From positions 1 to 64,000 of IMG/VR virus record IMGVR_UViG_2806310702_000003: a stretch of DNA of 64,000 bases; one strand, given 5' to 3'. The DNA comes from a virus. Its lineage: Duplodnaviria > Caudoviricetes. Position numbers and translations under genes: made by a program. How positions within the stretch are numbered: the stretch's first letter is position 1; each line of letters starts with the position of its first letter. Below are positions 50,445 through 59,731 of this stretch, one piece after another. The notes beneath the pieces were generated by a model. The model saw only the letters and a program-made list of their open reading frames with translations, did not search any database and was not told the DNA's origin.

Positions 50445-50948
50445 TTACTGCAATTCTATTTCTTCTATTGTATCTACTTGTGTTTCTACAATATCTCCAA
50501 CTCTTAATCTTATATCGAACCCCCATTTATACACATAACCTGTTTCTAAAATAGAAGTTTTATCAACTAATTTCGTACAATCTAATAGTATTATATCACA
50601 TTTGTACGAAATTAGTTGTTTTTGAGTTTGTAAAAAAGACATAGTGTTTGTAGCAAATATCATAGCTTCTTCTTGTTTATCTGAATAAAAAGTTAAGGAG
50701 AAAGTCATTTGAGGTTCTGTAAATCTAGTTATCTTTACACCATTTTTAGTAGAAGTTTCTATAATAGTGCCTTCAAAAGTATCATTGTCTTGTATATATC
50801 CTACAAGAACATTAGTTATGCAATAAGGATAAGACGGTAAATTATGAATACTATTTCCTTTTATAAATTTATAATTTTTATTTATTTCTTTCATGTTTTT
50901 ATTAAGGTATGCATTTATCTCAGTCCATACTTCAAATAAATTAACCAT
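50445..50948 (-). CDS. Neck/tail terminator protein
   Basis: PSYPY...GFDIRLR; upstream of sheath. Confidence 0.65.
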   Translation of the reverse strand: MVNLFEVWTEINAYLNKNMKEINKNYKFIKGNSIHNLPSYPYCITNVLVGYIQDNDTFEGTIIETSTKNGVKITRFTEPQMTFSLTFYSDKQEEAMIFATNTMSFLQTQKQLISYKCDIILLDCTKLVDKTSILETGYVYKWGFDIRLRVGDIVETQVDTIEEIELQ

Positions 50949-51279
50949 TTATATTTTCAATCCTTTTCATAAAATATCTCTTAAAATCTGATATAATATC
51001 ATATTTTCTAGCACCATATATTTTATATTTAATCCCTTTTACAGTTTCAATAACTGTGTTACTTTGTAAATCTTCATCAGTATATAATTTCATATCCTCT
51101 ATGTCATATGTTCCTTCCGGAAGATATTGCATATCTCTTTCACTTAAAGGAAGTATAGCACCTGTAAAAGTAATTTCCTTTTCTTCTCCTTCTATATAAT
51201 CTCCACCATCATTATAACTTCCTTCTGTAGCTAATTTATATTTTAATTTTTGCTTAATGCTATCTGGTATTAAATTCAT
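50941..51279 (-). CDS. Head closure-like neck protein
   Basis: GAILPLS..MQY.PEGTY..DMKLYT. Confidence 0.65.
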   Translation of the reverse strand: MNLIPDSIKQKLKYKLATEGSYNDGGDYIEGEEKEITFTGAILPLSERDMQYLPEGTYDIEDMKLYTDEDLQSNTVIETVKGIKYKIYGARKYDIISDFKRYFMKRIENING

Positions 51280-51546
51280 TTAATCAACCCTTTCATATGT
51301 TTTCTCAAATATATCTGGTTTACAAGGGTAAAACTCTCCATTAACCCCTTTTATAATATAATCACCTGTATTTGCTAACATATCTCCTTCTAAGGTTTTA
51401 ATAATTAATGCTATAGGTCCTGTTGTTCCCATGCCTTTAATCTCAATGTTTTCCTTCGCAAACTCTTTTATCTTGTTATAACTAGCAAAATCACCTACAA
51501 ATTGCATTGCTTCAATTTCCACTGGTTTCTTTCTATATTTACTCAT
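51280..51546 (-). CDS. Conserved small phage protein (YRKKPV...[22 protein letters not shown] family)
   Basis: Highly recognisable phage motif; function not established. Confidence 0.75.
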   Translation of the reverse strand: MSKYRKKPVEIEAMQFVGDFASYNKIKEFAKENIEIKGMGTTGPIALIIKTLEGDMLANTGDYIIKGVNGEFYPCKPDIFEKTYERVD

Positions 51547-51633
51547 TTATCCAACCTCTTTCTATTAAAATTTTTATTTTTAAAATATTTTTAAATTTAT
51601 AATTGTACCTTTAATTAATTTTAAAATTTGTTT

Positions 51634-52146
51634 TTATTCTACTTTCCAAGTTATGCTTTCTCTTAATCTCCCACTATCAATAAGAGGATTTGATTTACCT
51701 TTTTTTCTTTCTATAGTAAAAGGGTGATTGGGTGGAGAAGATACTTCTGTTAGGACCTCTTGTGTAAGTCCAGCCAAAAACTGTCCTACTCTATCACAGA
51801 ATATATTTACATCTATTCTAAAAGTTAATAATTCCGTTAATCCTTCTTTTATGATCTTATTCAATTCATCTTTTCTTTCCTGTGTGGTCCTTCTAATAAA
51901 ACTTCTTTCTGGTATATGTATTTGAGAAGTACTCTTGTTAACATGTAATCCATTATAGTGTAACCATGCCCTCATCTTAGGTGTTATATTTATATCACAA
52001 CCAAATTCTTGTACCCTTGCAACCATAAGAATGTGGCTATCATCTGCACCAAATATACCTATCTTTATTTTCTTAGACTTCAATTCTTCTATAGTTTGTT
52101 TTAATCTAGGTAAATCATCTTTTCTTACTGTTTTAGTAACTCTCAT
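51634..52146 (-). CDS. Neck/tail completion protein
   Basis: QEFG...IPERSFIR...PLIDSGRL. Confidence 0.8.
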   Translation of the reverse strand: MRVTKTVRKDDLPRLKQTIEELKSKKIKIGIFGADDSHILMVARVQEFGCDINITPKMRAWLHYNGLHVNKSTSQIHIPERSFIRRTTQERKDELNKIIKEGLTELLTFRIDVNIFCDRVGQFLAGLTQEVLTEVSSPPNHPFTIERKKGKSNPLIDSGRLRESITWKVE

Positions 52147-52757
52147 TAAATCCTAATGCTCCTGTATTTTTTAATAGTTGCCAGTTGCATTTCTGATAAT
52201 CTAATATTACTTTTCCACTCTAGTTTTACATCTGAAATAGAATAAGACCTTAATCCTTTATTAACTGCTTCTGAATTATCTAGTCCCATCTGTTCCTTTA
52301 ATAACTGGAGAAGCAATAATTTTAAATCTCCTGGTATTTCCTTATATCCAGCATTGTATTCAACCCTTATATACCTTTGTGGAAAATTAATTCTACCACT
52401 CATTAAATTACTGCTACCTACTTGCCACCAAGCTAAGTCCCTATACAGTATTCCAGCCTTTGTATTTATATCGTACTCATGTTCTTCTAATGATTTTTCT
52501 ATAGAACCATTGCAAATATACTTAATGCTATTAATAGAATTTATAGGGTATTGTTTTAAAATTAAAGAGTTTGAATTTGTTCCAGGATATTTTTCTACAT
52601 AGTCTTTAGCCAGAATATCTCTGCCTATTTCTCCTTCGATTATTTCTGTTATTCCTTCCATATATAGTTTCAAAATTAAATCTTTACTTGTATCTTCTTT
52701 ATCTATATTTAAGAACTGTTTAACTTCTTCTAATGTACATAAATTCAATATTTGCAC
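52146..52757 (-). CDS. Head-tail connector B
   Basis: LCTLEEVKQFL...VEYNAGY..IPGDL. Confidence 0.8.
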   Translation of the reverse strand: MQILNLCTLEEVKQFLNIDKEDTSKDLILKLYMEGITEIIEGEIGRDILAKDYVEKYPGTNSNSLILKQYPINSINSIKYICNGSIEKSLEEHEYDINTKAGILYRDLAWWQVGSSNLMSGRINFPQRYIRVEYNAGYKEIPGDLKLLLLQLLKEQMGLDNSEAVNKGLRSYSISDVKLEWKSNIRLSEMQLATIKKYRSIRI

Positions 52758-52825
52758 CTCCTATAAACTAATTTTATCATAAATAAAAAAGAGGGTGTGT
52801 TTTCCCTCTTTTTCTTAATAGTTCT

Positions 52826-53188
52826 TTATTTTTGCGAATTAATTTCTAAATCTTCTTTATTGAAATATAACTGCTCATAATATTCATCATGACTAATTAT
52901 TTCTAAGAATAAACTAAATACTGCAGCACACGTTCCTATAAACAGTAACCCCAACATAACAACCCACGCTATAGGATTAAGTTTATTAAAACCTATCTCA
53001 TATTCAACTCTAGCTAAGTTTATTGGTTCTTCTCTTTTTTTTAATAATGTTGTAATTTTAGTTATCTTAATGGTTGTAATCTTAAAAATATTATCTAATT
53101 TCCCAATAAAACCATTATTGTGCTTTAGACGTATATCTTTTTTAAATTTTCTTTTAATTTTTTTATTCATAAACATTCCCTTTTTCAT
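52826..53188 (-). CDS. Hypothetical membrane protein
   Basis: One TM segment. Confidence 0.5.
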   Translation of the reverse strand: MKKGMFMNKKIKRKFKKDIRLKHNNGFIGKLDNIFKITTIKITKITTLLKKREEPINLARVEYEIGFNKLNPIAWVVMLGLLFIGTCAAVFSLFLEIISHDEYYEQLYFNKEDLEINSQK

Positions 53189-53375
53189 ACTCCTTTATTT
53201 CCTTTCCATCGGAATCTAAAGTTATCTCAAAACCACATTTACAACTTCTTTTGAAGATGTCACCATCAATTAGTATTTTACCTTCAATATCTCCAACTTT
53301 ATAACTACCACAAACTGGACATTTTTCATATTTTCTTATTAAACTTACAACTTTAAATGCTTCCATCTTAATCAC
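53163..53375 (-). CDS. Zn-ribbon protein (DUF3797-like)
   Basis: CPVCG...FKRSCKCG. Confidence 0.65.
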   Translation of the reverse strand: MIKMEAFKVVSLIRKYEKCPVCGSYKVGDIEGKILIDGDIFKRSCKCGFEITLDSDGKEIKEYEKGNVYE

Positions 53376-53542
53376 TCCTATATAATTTTAAATTTTCTTA
53401 ACACTCTACCTAAAAAGGTTAAATTCTCTTTAAATGCTACTTTGCAATCCCAACACTCATACTCTTTGTGACCATCTTTAAATTCAATTTCTATCATTTC
53501 TTCTTTACAATTAGGGCACTTTATTGTTAACACCTACTTCCC

Positions 53543-53767
53543 TTACTTCATGCATATACCTGTTAGTTGTCCGTACTTTTCGTATAATCTTTTAAGATTA
53601 TCAATTTCTAAATCCATAATGAATATATCTTCTCCACATTCGTTGCAAACGCCTATATTTTCTATTACATTTACTTTTACACCTTTGTATTCTGCCATAA
53701 GTTCTTTTCTTATCGTATAATTAACTTCTTTATTGCATTTAGCACAAAAAATTCTATCTTCTTTCAT
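53543..53767 (-). CDS. YgiT/MqsA-type Zn-finger protein
   Basis: CAKC...YKG..V.V....VCNECGE. Confidence 0.7.
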   Translation of the reverse strand: MKEDRIFCAKCNKEVNYTIRKELMAEYKGVKVNVIENIGVCNECGEDIFIMDLEIDNLKRLYEKYGQLTGICMK

Positions 53768-53820
53768 ATATCAATGCCCCTTCACAATCTACTATTTTTC
53801 TTTACTTTATTTTTGCGAAA

Positions 53821-54567
53821 CTAATCTAATTCATTTCTTACAATTTCTTTTACTATTTTTAATAGAAATTGATTAGTTTTTTCATTTGGTTTTTGTGTTT
53901 TATATTTTTCTTCATGTTCTTTAGCAATACTTAACATATATTCCGCCATGCTTTCAAAATCTGATTTAGAATATACTCCATTTTTTATATTTAACAGCCA
54001 TTTTCTATTACATTCATCTTTTTCATACCATATTGCTTTTTTAAAATCTGTAAAATTATTATTAGCAAATCTTATTAAAAAATCTAATATCCTTATACTA
54101 TGCATAGCTTGTTTGGTATCATATCCATATTTATTAACTAAATGTTGTGTTCCCTGTGTCCCTTTATCTACTTGCTTCTTTTTATTAATGTGCATACCAA
54201 TACAAGCATTATATAAATAAGGTAGATTCATTTTTACAATTTCATTTCTCATATTATAAATTTCAGTTATTAAAAACTTTGTTTTTATATCAATATTGTC
54301 AGGTATTAAAAATTTTTTACTAAACAATACTTCGAGAAAATTTACATTAGACTTCCACCACAAACTTGATATTTTCCTTATATCATGTACATCATAATCC
54401 TCTGTTTCTCCTATATAGGATTTACTAAATTGATTATTGAAATATAAATCATTAAATGTTGGAGCTACAAATAATTTATAATCCTTATCACTTGTCTCTG
54501 TATTAAGATTATAATTATGAGAACCTACTAAAACCCTAAATAATTCTTTTCTTCCTTCAAAATCCAT
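53821..54567 (-). CDS. DNA polymerase beta-superfamily nucleotidyltransferase
   Basis: GSHNYNLNTETSDKD (GS..Y.....SDxD), N.NFLEVLFS, YDTKQAMH.IR. Confidence 0.85.
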   Translation of the reverse strand: MDFEGRKELFRVLVGSHNYNLNTETSDKDYKLFVAPTFNDLYFNNQFSKSYIGETEDYDVHDIRKISSLWWKSNVNFLEVLFSKKFLIPDNIDIKTKFLITEIYNMRNEIVKMNLPYLYNACIGMHINKKKQVDKGTQGTQHLVNKYGYDTKQAMHSIRILDFLIRFANNNFTDFKKAIWYEKDECNRKWLLNIKNGVYSKSDFESMAEYMLSIAKEHEEKYKTQKPNEKTNQFLLKIVKEIVRNELD

Positions 54568-54617
54568 TTTGCCTTCTCTCCTTCACAATCTACTATTTTT
54601 TGTACATGTATTGAAGC

Positions 54618-55868
54618 TTAAAATATTGATTTAATTTCTTGCAATTCTTTAATGAATAAATCTAATTTAGATTTTTCTATAGCAATAGCACCTATTTTTT
54701 TTACATTTTTATCTTCTATACAAATAACTTCATCATCTTTTATATACTTCATTAATCCTTCTACTGTTGTAGGTTTAAGAAGTGGTTTCTGTTCTTCAAT
54801 ATCTTTTTCTAATGTTTTATGTACATATTCTGTTACTTCTTTACAATTTATATTATCAGTGTTAATTACTTTATTTTCATTTTTTTTAGGTTCTTGAGCA
54901 TATATTTTAGTTCCTTTTGGAATTTCTATTTCTTCTATTTCTTTTGGTTTAAATGATATATTTTTTTTATTATAATAACTTCTATACGTTGTTACAGTAG
55001 ACATTGTTATTCCTAATGTCTTTACTACTTCTGTGTTTGTAAGTCCTTTCTTAAATAGTTCAAAAGCTTTTTCTTTCTTTGACATTTCTCCTTCTCTCCT
55101 TCTATATCTTTTATTTTCTTTATATTCTTTTACACTTAGTATTTCTCTAAGTTTATTAAGTGCTTTCTTTTCTTGTCTTGAAACATGTACTTGAGTAATC
55201 CCAAGCAATTTGGCTGTTTCTACTTGTGTCTTATCTTTAAAATATCTTAATTCAATAATTGCTCTAAGTTGAGGGTTTAGTTGTTTTATAGCTTCTTGTA
55301 CTAGGATATTATTCAATACAGTATCTTCTTTAAATACATTTCCTTCAATATTATCAGCTAATGTTATAAAAGTAGAGCCATCACTATGTATGATTTTTTC
55401 TATACTCTGTACTAAGTTAGTATTTGATAATTTCAAGCCTTCTTGAACTTCTTCTACTGTAAACCCTGTTTCCTTTACTATTTCTTCTATAGTTGGACTT
55501 CTATTAAATTTTCTTTCCAATAAATATTCTATATATTTAATTTTATTTCTTATATCTAAAAGTGGTCTTGGAATTTTTATAGGGTTTGTATCTCTTAAAA
55601 ATCTTTGTACTTCTCCCATAATCATAGGAACTGCATAACTCGAAAATTTAACATCGTATTCTTTAGGATTGAAATTCTTAATTGCTTTAACAAGTCCAAT
55701 ATTGCCCATTTGTATTATATCCTCAGCTTCATGTTCTTTATTAAAGAACTTTTTACATGTACTTATCACTAACGGCTTATTAAGTTCAAAACTTAATTCA
55801 AATGCATTCTTATCACCTTTTTGAGCTTTTTCAATTAATGCATTATTATCATTATATGTTAATTCCAT
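54618..55868 (-). CDS. SigF/SigG/SigB-like sigma factor with C-terminal HTH extension
   Basis: EDIIQMGNIGLVKAI..F..FSSYAVPMIMGEVQRFLRD; region 4 TQVETAKLLGITQVHVSRQEKK; ~165 extra aa. Confidence 0.9.
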   Translation of the reverse strand: MELTYNDNNALIEKAQKGDKNAFELSFELNKPLVISTCKKFFNKEHEAEDIIQMGNIGLVKAIKNFNPKEYDVKFSSYAVPMIMGEVQRFLRDTNPIKIPRPLLDIRNKIKYIEYLLERKFNRSPTIEEIVKETGFTVEEVQEGLKLSNTNLVQSIEKIIHSDGSTFITLADNIEGNVFKEDTVLNNILVQEAIKQLNPQLRAIIELRYFKDKTQVETAKLLGITQVHVSRQEKKALNKLREILSVKEYKENKRYRRREGEMSKKEKAFELFKKGLTNTEVVKTLGITMSTVTTYRSYYNKKNISFKPKEIEEIEIPKGTKIYAQEPKKNENKVINTDNINCKEVTEYVHKTLEKDIEEQKPLLKPTTVEGLMKYIKDDEVICIEDKNVKKIGAIAIEKSKLDLFIKELQEIKSIF

Positions 55869-55985
55869 TTATACCTCCTAGAATTTTACTATATAATTAA
55901 TATATCATTTTACGAATAAAAAACAAGTAATTTCGTACAAACTACTTGTTTTTTTACGAAATTACTTGTTTGAAAAGCTAAATTT

Positions 55986-56312
55986 TTATTTAACTGGTTC
56001 TGAATGTGCATGACCTAAAATAGCTATTGCAGTAGTTCCAACTCCTGTTAGTTTTACTGCTACATATCTTTTAGTTCCTCTATAACCTACCTTATACACT
56101 CCGTTTTCTTTTATGTCTAATTCTGTTCCTAAATAATCTTCTGCCGAAATTTCTTTAAGAGATTTTGAAGTATCTCCCTCATATATTTTTGCAGTTGCTG
56201 TACTAGTTGCAGTTACCGCAAACACGATACTTCCGAATCCAGCTGTATCTATTGCCGTATCCGTTTTAGCTTCTACTACTTTAATTGAATTATATAAATC
56301 TTTATTAATCAT
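55986..56312 (-). CDS. Capsid decoration-like protein
   Basis: IDTAGF...KVGYRGTKRYV; directly after capsid. Confidence 0.65.
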   Translation of the reverse strand: MINKDLYNSIKVVEAKTDTAIDTAGFGSIVFAVTATSTATAKIYEGDTSKSLKEISAEDYLGTELDIKENGVYKVGYRGTKRYVAVKLTGVGTTAIAILGHAHSEPVK

Positions 56313-56322
56313 TTGAATCCTC

Positions 56323-57432
56323 CTATTTGTTTTGTTTCAACACTTTAATAGCTTCTGGTCTTATTACTCCACCACCAACTCTTTTTGTTGTATAAAATAA
56401 AATATTAGGTTTTGCAGTTAAATTATCTCTTATGAAGTTAATTCCAGCTTTATCTACTATTAAATATCCATCTTTAAAATTACCAAATGCAATTGGTGTA
56501 TTTCCTACCTTACTTTCTGGCATATCATCTGCTTCTACTACTTTATATCCTAAAATTGTTGCTGGTTCTCCTATCTGTGTAGAAGGTTGCCATAAATAAT
56601 GTCCGTCATTGTCTTTAAGCAATCTTAAATCCCTTACTGATGTTCTTTTTGCTAGTAATACTGCTCCATTACTAAACTTTGCATCAAGAGAATAAATAAG
56701 ATTCATTATTCCATCAAAATCTAGTTTCCCAGAAATCTGCTCTATTTCTTTATTATTTAAAAATCCTTCTGGTTGTTTTACTCCATCTCCACTTATAAAC
56801 GCTGAACCTTCAACTTGTGCAAATCTATTAGCTACTCTTTCTTTTATATATCCTTCAATATTAAATGCTGCATCATCTATTAAAATTTGAGTTGCTGAAG
56901 GTTGAGCATACATTTCATGAACTGGTATTCTAATGCTTTCAAAAGTATCTGTTGCAGTTTCTTTTCTTGGTTGTCTTTCTCCTACCCAACCATATTCATA
57001 GGCGTTATTTGCTTCCCTAACTGCTTGATAATCATTTCCTTTACTAATAGTAACTGTACTACAAATTTGACGCATAGGACTTATTTTTCTTACTCTAGTT
57101 ATAATTCCACTAGCCATATTTTGAGGTAAGAAAATACCTCCATTTGGAGAAGAATCTGAACTCATAGCCTTTTTATTTAACTCGTTAAGTCCTTCTCCTA
57201 TAACTCCACTTCTAGCATAGTCCTTAAACTCTGACATTTCTTTTTTTTCTATTTCTGATAATTCGCCTTCTTGTGATCCTGTTCCAAATTTTACTCTTTG
57301 TGATTTTGCTTCTAACTCATCTAATCTTTTCTGTATTCTTTCTACAACTTCCGGATCTGCTTTTTTATCTACTGCTTCTTTCAAATCAGCAAATGTTTTG
57401 TTCATTTCTTCAATCATTGATTTTATTTCCAT
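56323..57432 (-). CDS. Major capsid protein B (HK97 fold)
   Basis: GGIFLP, FISGDG.KQPEG, IAFGNF, FYTTKRVGGGV..PEAIKVL. Confidence 0.95.
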   Translation of the reverse strand: MEIKSMIEEMNKTFADLKEAVDKKADPEVVERIQKRLDELEAKSQRVKFGTGSQEGELSEIEKKEMSEFKDYARSGVIGEGLNELNKKAMSSDSSPNGGIFLPQNMASGIITRVRKISPMRQICSTVTISKGNDYQAVREANNAYEYGWVGERQPRKETATDTFESIRIPVHEMYAQPSATQILIDDAAFNIEGYIKERVANRFAQVEGSAFISGDGVKQPEGFLNNKEIEQISGKLDFDGIMNLIYSLDAKFSNGAVLLAKRTSVRDLRLLKDNDGHYLWQPSTQIGEPATILGYKVVEADDMPESKVGNTPIAFGNFKDGYLIVDKAGINFIRDNLTAKPNILFYTTKRVGGGVIRPEAIKVLKQNK

Positions 57433-57448
57433 CTATTCATCTTCCCTT

Positions 57449-57775
57449 CTATTTTAAATTTTTTCCTTGAACATCTCTTAAATATCTTTCATATTGTCTT
57501 GCTCTAGTTGTTGCTAGTGCATCATTTAAATGTCTTAATGTAGCTTCATTTTCTTTACATTTAAACTGACTAGCTTGAAAATGTTCTAATTGATCTATGC
57601 AAATTAAAAGTAAATCTTCAATAAAAATTCCATTAAGCCCGTTTTCCTTTACTGGTCCTTTCTGAATATTTATTGTTTGTGCTACTTCTCCAGTAGTTTT
57701 ATGTATTACTTTATAAGATGAAGGAGAATTAAAATTGATTTCTCCTGAAATTATTTTAGTATGTAATGTTTGCAT
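57449..57775 (-). CDS. tad1: Tad1-like cyclic-nucleotide sponge (anti-Thoeris/CBASS candidate)
   Basis: QKGP.KE.G.NG...DLL.I..D.L..FQ...F.C.EN...L.H...AL...R...R..R.V.G matches my recollection of the Tad1 pattern. Confidence 0.72.
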   Translation of the reverse strand: MQTLHTKIISGEINFNSPSSYKVIHKTTGEVAQTINIQKGPVKENGLNGIFIEDLLLICIDQLEHFQASQFKCKENEATLRHLNDALATTRARQYERYLRDVQGKNLK

Positions 57776-58566
57776 TAATTATTTACCTCCTTGGTTTTCA
57801 TGTTTTTATATAATTTTTGTAATGCTTTTATTTCATCTTTTCCAAGTTCTTCCTTTGTTTCTGGCTCTTCCTCAATTCCAAAACTTTTCTTGAAAATATC
57901 TTTAATTTCTTCTAAAGTTTTTTCATCTTTTATAGAAGATATAAACACTTTCATTTCTTCTATCTTGTTTTTAGTTTCTTTTTCTTCTTTTGTAGGTTGT
58001 AGAAGTGTTTTTAATTCCTCTATTTCCTTCTCCATGCCTTCTATTCTCTTTTGCCAATCTTCTTTTATTTGTTGTTCTTTAACATCTGTTATTTGTGCTT
58101 TTGGGTTCATGGGAAAAGTAACGCAACTAACTTCTACTATATCTATATCTTTTAGATCACGAACAGTCTGTTTTTCTTCTTTGACATATTCATACTCTTT
58201 TATGTAATAGCCTATAGAAAGCTTTAAAATTCCTTTCTTGGCAAGTAAATAAGCTTCTGCTGCCTTTGGTAACATATAATTACCATCTGTATCTTTATCT
58301 AAAAAGAATTTAGCTTCACATTCTACACCTTTGGTCCCATTGCTCAGTATCATCTCTCCAATAGGCTGATGCGTATCATGTTGATAAAGCATAGGTACTC
58401 TTTTGCCATCGTTTTTCTTACCAACAGAAGGTAAAACTCTGTCATTCCCTAAATCTATATTATTATAAGGACTTGCAATGCCTTTAAAAGTACCTGTTTC
58501 ATCAACAGCTTTTACTTCTATTTGCTTAAATTCTAAATCCATTTTTTCACCACCTTCAATAGTCAA
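57775..58566 (-). CDS. HK97-family prohead protease with coiled-coil C-terminus
   Basis: FKGIASPYN.ID..D, MLYQHD..PIG, LSIGY, EVSCVTFPMN. Confidence 0.92.
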   Translation of the reverse strand: MTIEGGEKMDLEFKQIEVKAVDETGTFKGIASPYNNIDLGNDRVLPSVGKKNDGKRVPMLYQHDTHQPIGEMILSNGTKGVECEAKFFLDKDTDGNYMLPKAAEAYLLAKKGILKLSIGYYIKEYEYVKEEKQTVRDLKDIDIVEVSCVTFPMNPKAQITDVKEQQIKEDWQKRIEGMEKEIEELKTLLQPTKEEKETKNKIEEMKVFISSIKDEKTLEEIKDIFKKSFGIEEEPETKEELGKDEIKALQKLYKNMKTKEVNN

Positions 58567-58657
58567 AACTAATTTCGTTCAATCTACATTAGTTATTATA
58601 TCACAAAATTAAATTACTTGTTTTTTTACAATAAAAAAGCTGACAATTAGTCAGCTT

Positions 58658-58888
58658 TTAAACTTTCAATCCACATTCTCTAGCTATATGTATAAGATCA
58701 TTGCAAGTTATATTATCGCACCAGTTTTTACGTTGTATCTGTAATCTTGCAAACCAATCTATTAACTGTCTTTTATTAATATTTCTATTTATCTCATTAA
58801 GCATTAACCCAAGCCTTATTTCTTTTATTACTTCCATTTCTTCTCCATCGGTGTATTTAACTTCTTCTAAGTCATATTCTAAATCCAT
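58658..58888 (-). CDS. Hypothetical protein
   Basis: 76 aa; RBS GAGGTG; C-terminus resembles the N-terminal part of 60141-60662. Confidence 0.55.
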   Translation of the reverse strand: MDLEYDLEEVKYTDGEEMEVIKEIRLGLMLNEINRNINKRQLIDWFARLQIQRKNWCDNITCNDLIHIARECGLKV

Positions 58889-59120
58889 TAAATTCTAATC
58901 ACCTCACTTCTAATTTTAATTGGGAAATGCTCTATGTAAAAACAATTCCCAAGATCGCTAACCTTTTTAAATTTATTTTGTTTTCTTTCTTTTTCTAATG
59001 TTTTAGCTAATTCATGTCTTTCATCTAATCTTTTATAAGGTATTACTTCAACTCTAATCATTTTAAACTCCCCTTTTTTGTACGAAATTAGTTGTTTTTT
59101 TACAAGTAAAAAACTTTAAA

Positions 59121-59519
59121 TTAAAATGGTATATCAGAAGTATCTACTTCTTTAAAATCTTCTTCATATTCTTTTGAATTATGTTCTGGAGAAGCACTAT
59201 TTTTCTTACTATCTAAAAACTGTACTTCATCAGCATTTATTTCAGTAACATATCTTTTAGTTCCATCTTTAGCTTCATAGCTTCTTGTTTGTATTGAACC
59301 ACTTATTCCAACTTGACTTCCTTTTCCAACATAAGTTGCTACATTCTCAGCTTGTTTTCCCCACACTACTATAGGTAAAAAATCAGCTTCTGGTTGACCT
59401 TCGCTTTTAAATCTTCTATTTACTGCTAAAGTAAATGTAGCAACTGCTGTTCCTTTTCCGGCTGTAAATTTCAAATCTGCATCTTTTGTTAATCTTCCAA
59501 CTAAAACAACTCTATTCAT
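59121..59519 (-). CDS. ssb: Single-stranded DNA-binding protein (second copy)
   Basis: [13 protein letters not shown]...DIPF. Confidence 0.95.
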   Translation of the reverse strand: MNRVVLVGRLTKDADLKFTAGKGTAVATFTLAVNRRFKSEGQPEADFLPIVVWGKQAENVATYVGKGSQVGISGSIQTRSYEAKDGTKRYVTEINADEVQFLDSKKNSASPEHNSKEYEEDFKEVDTSDIPF

Positions 59520-59731
59520 TTATTTTCTCCTATTCCCCATTTATTTTTTGAAACTATTTTTATTATTTTCTCTTTATATTTTTTCGTTATACCCTCGTTA
59601 ATATCTTCTAATATTAGTATGTTTAAAAGTTCAAATGAAAAAACCTCTCTATGATTAATTACAATATATTTATCTTTATCCGTTATAATTAAATCTCCTT
59701 TAGTCATTTTTACTCTACCTCTATATACCAT
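59516..59731 (-). CDS. Hypothetical protein
   Basis: Coupled in the minus-strand cluster. Confidence 0.45.
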   Translation of the reverse strand: MVYRGRVKMTKGDLIITDKDKYIVINHREVFSFELLNILILEDINEGITKKYKEKIIKIVSKNKWGIGENK

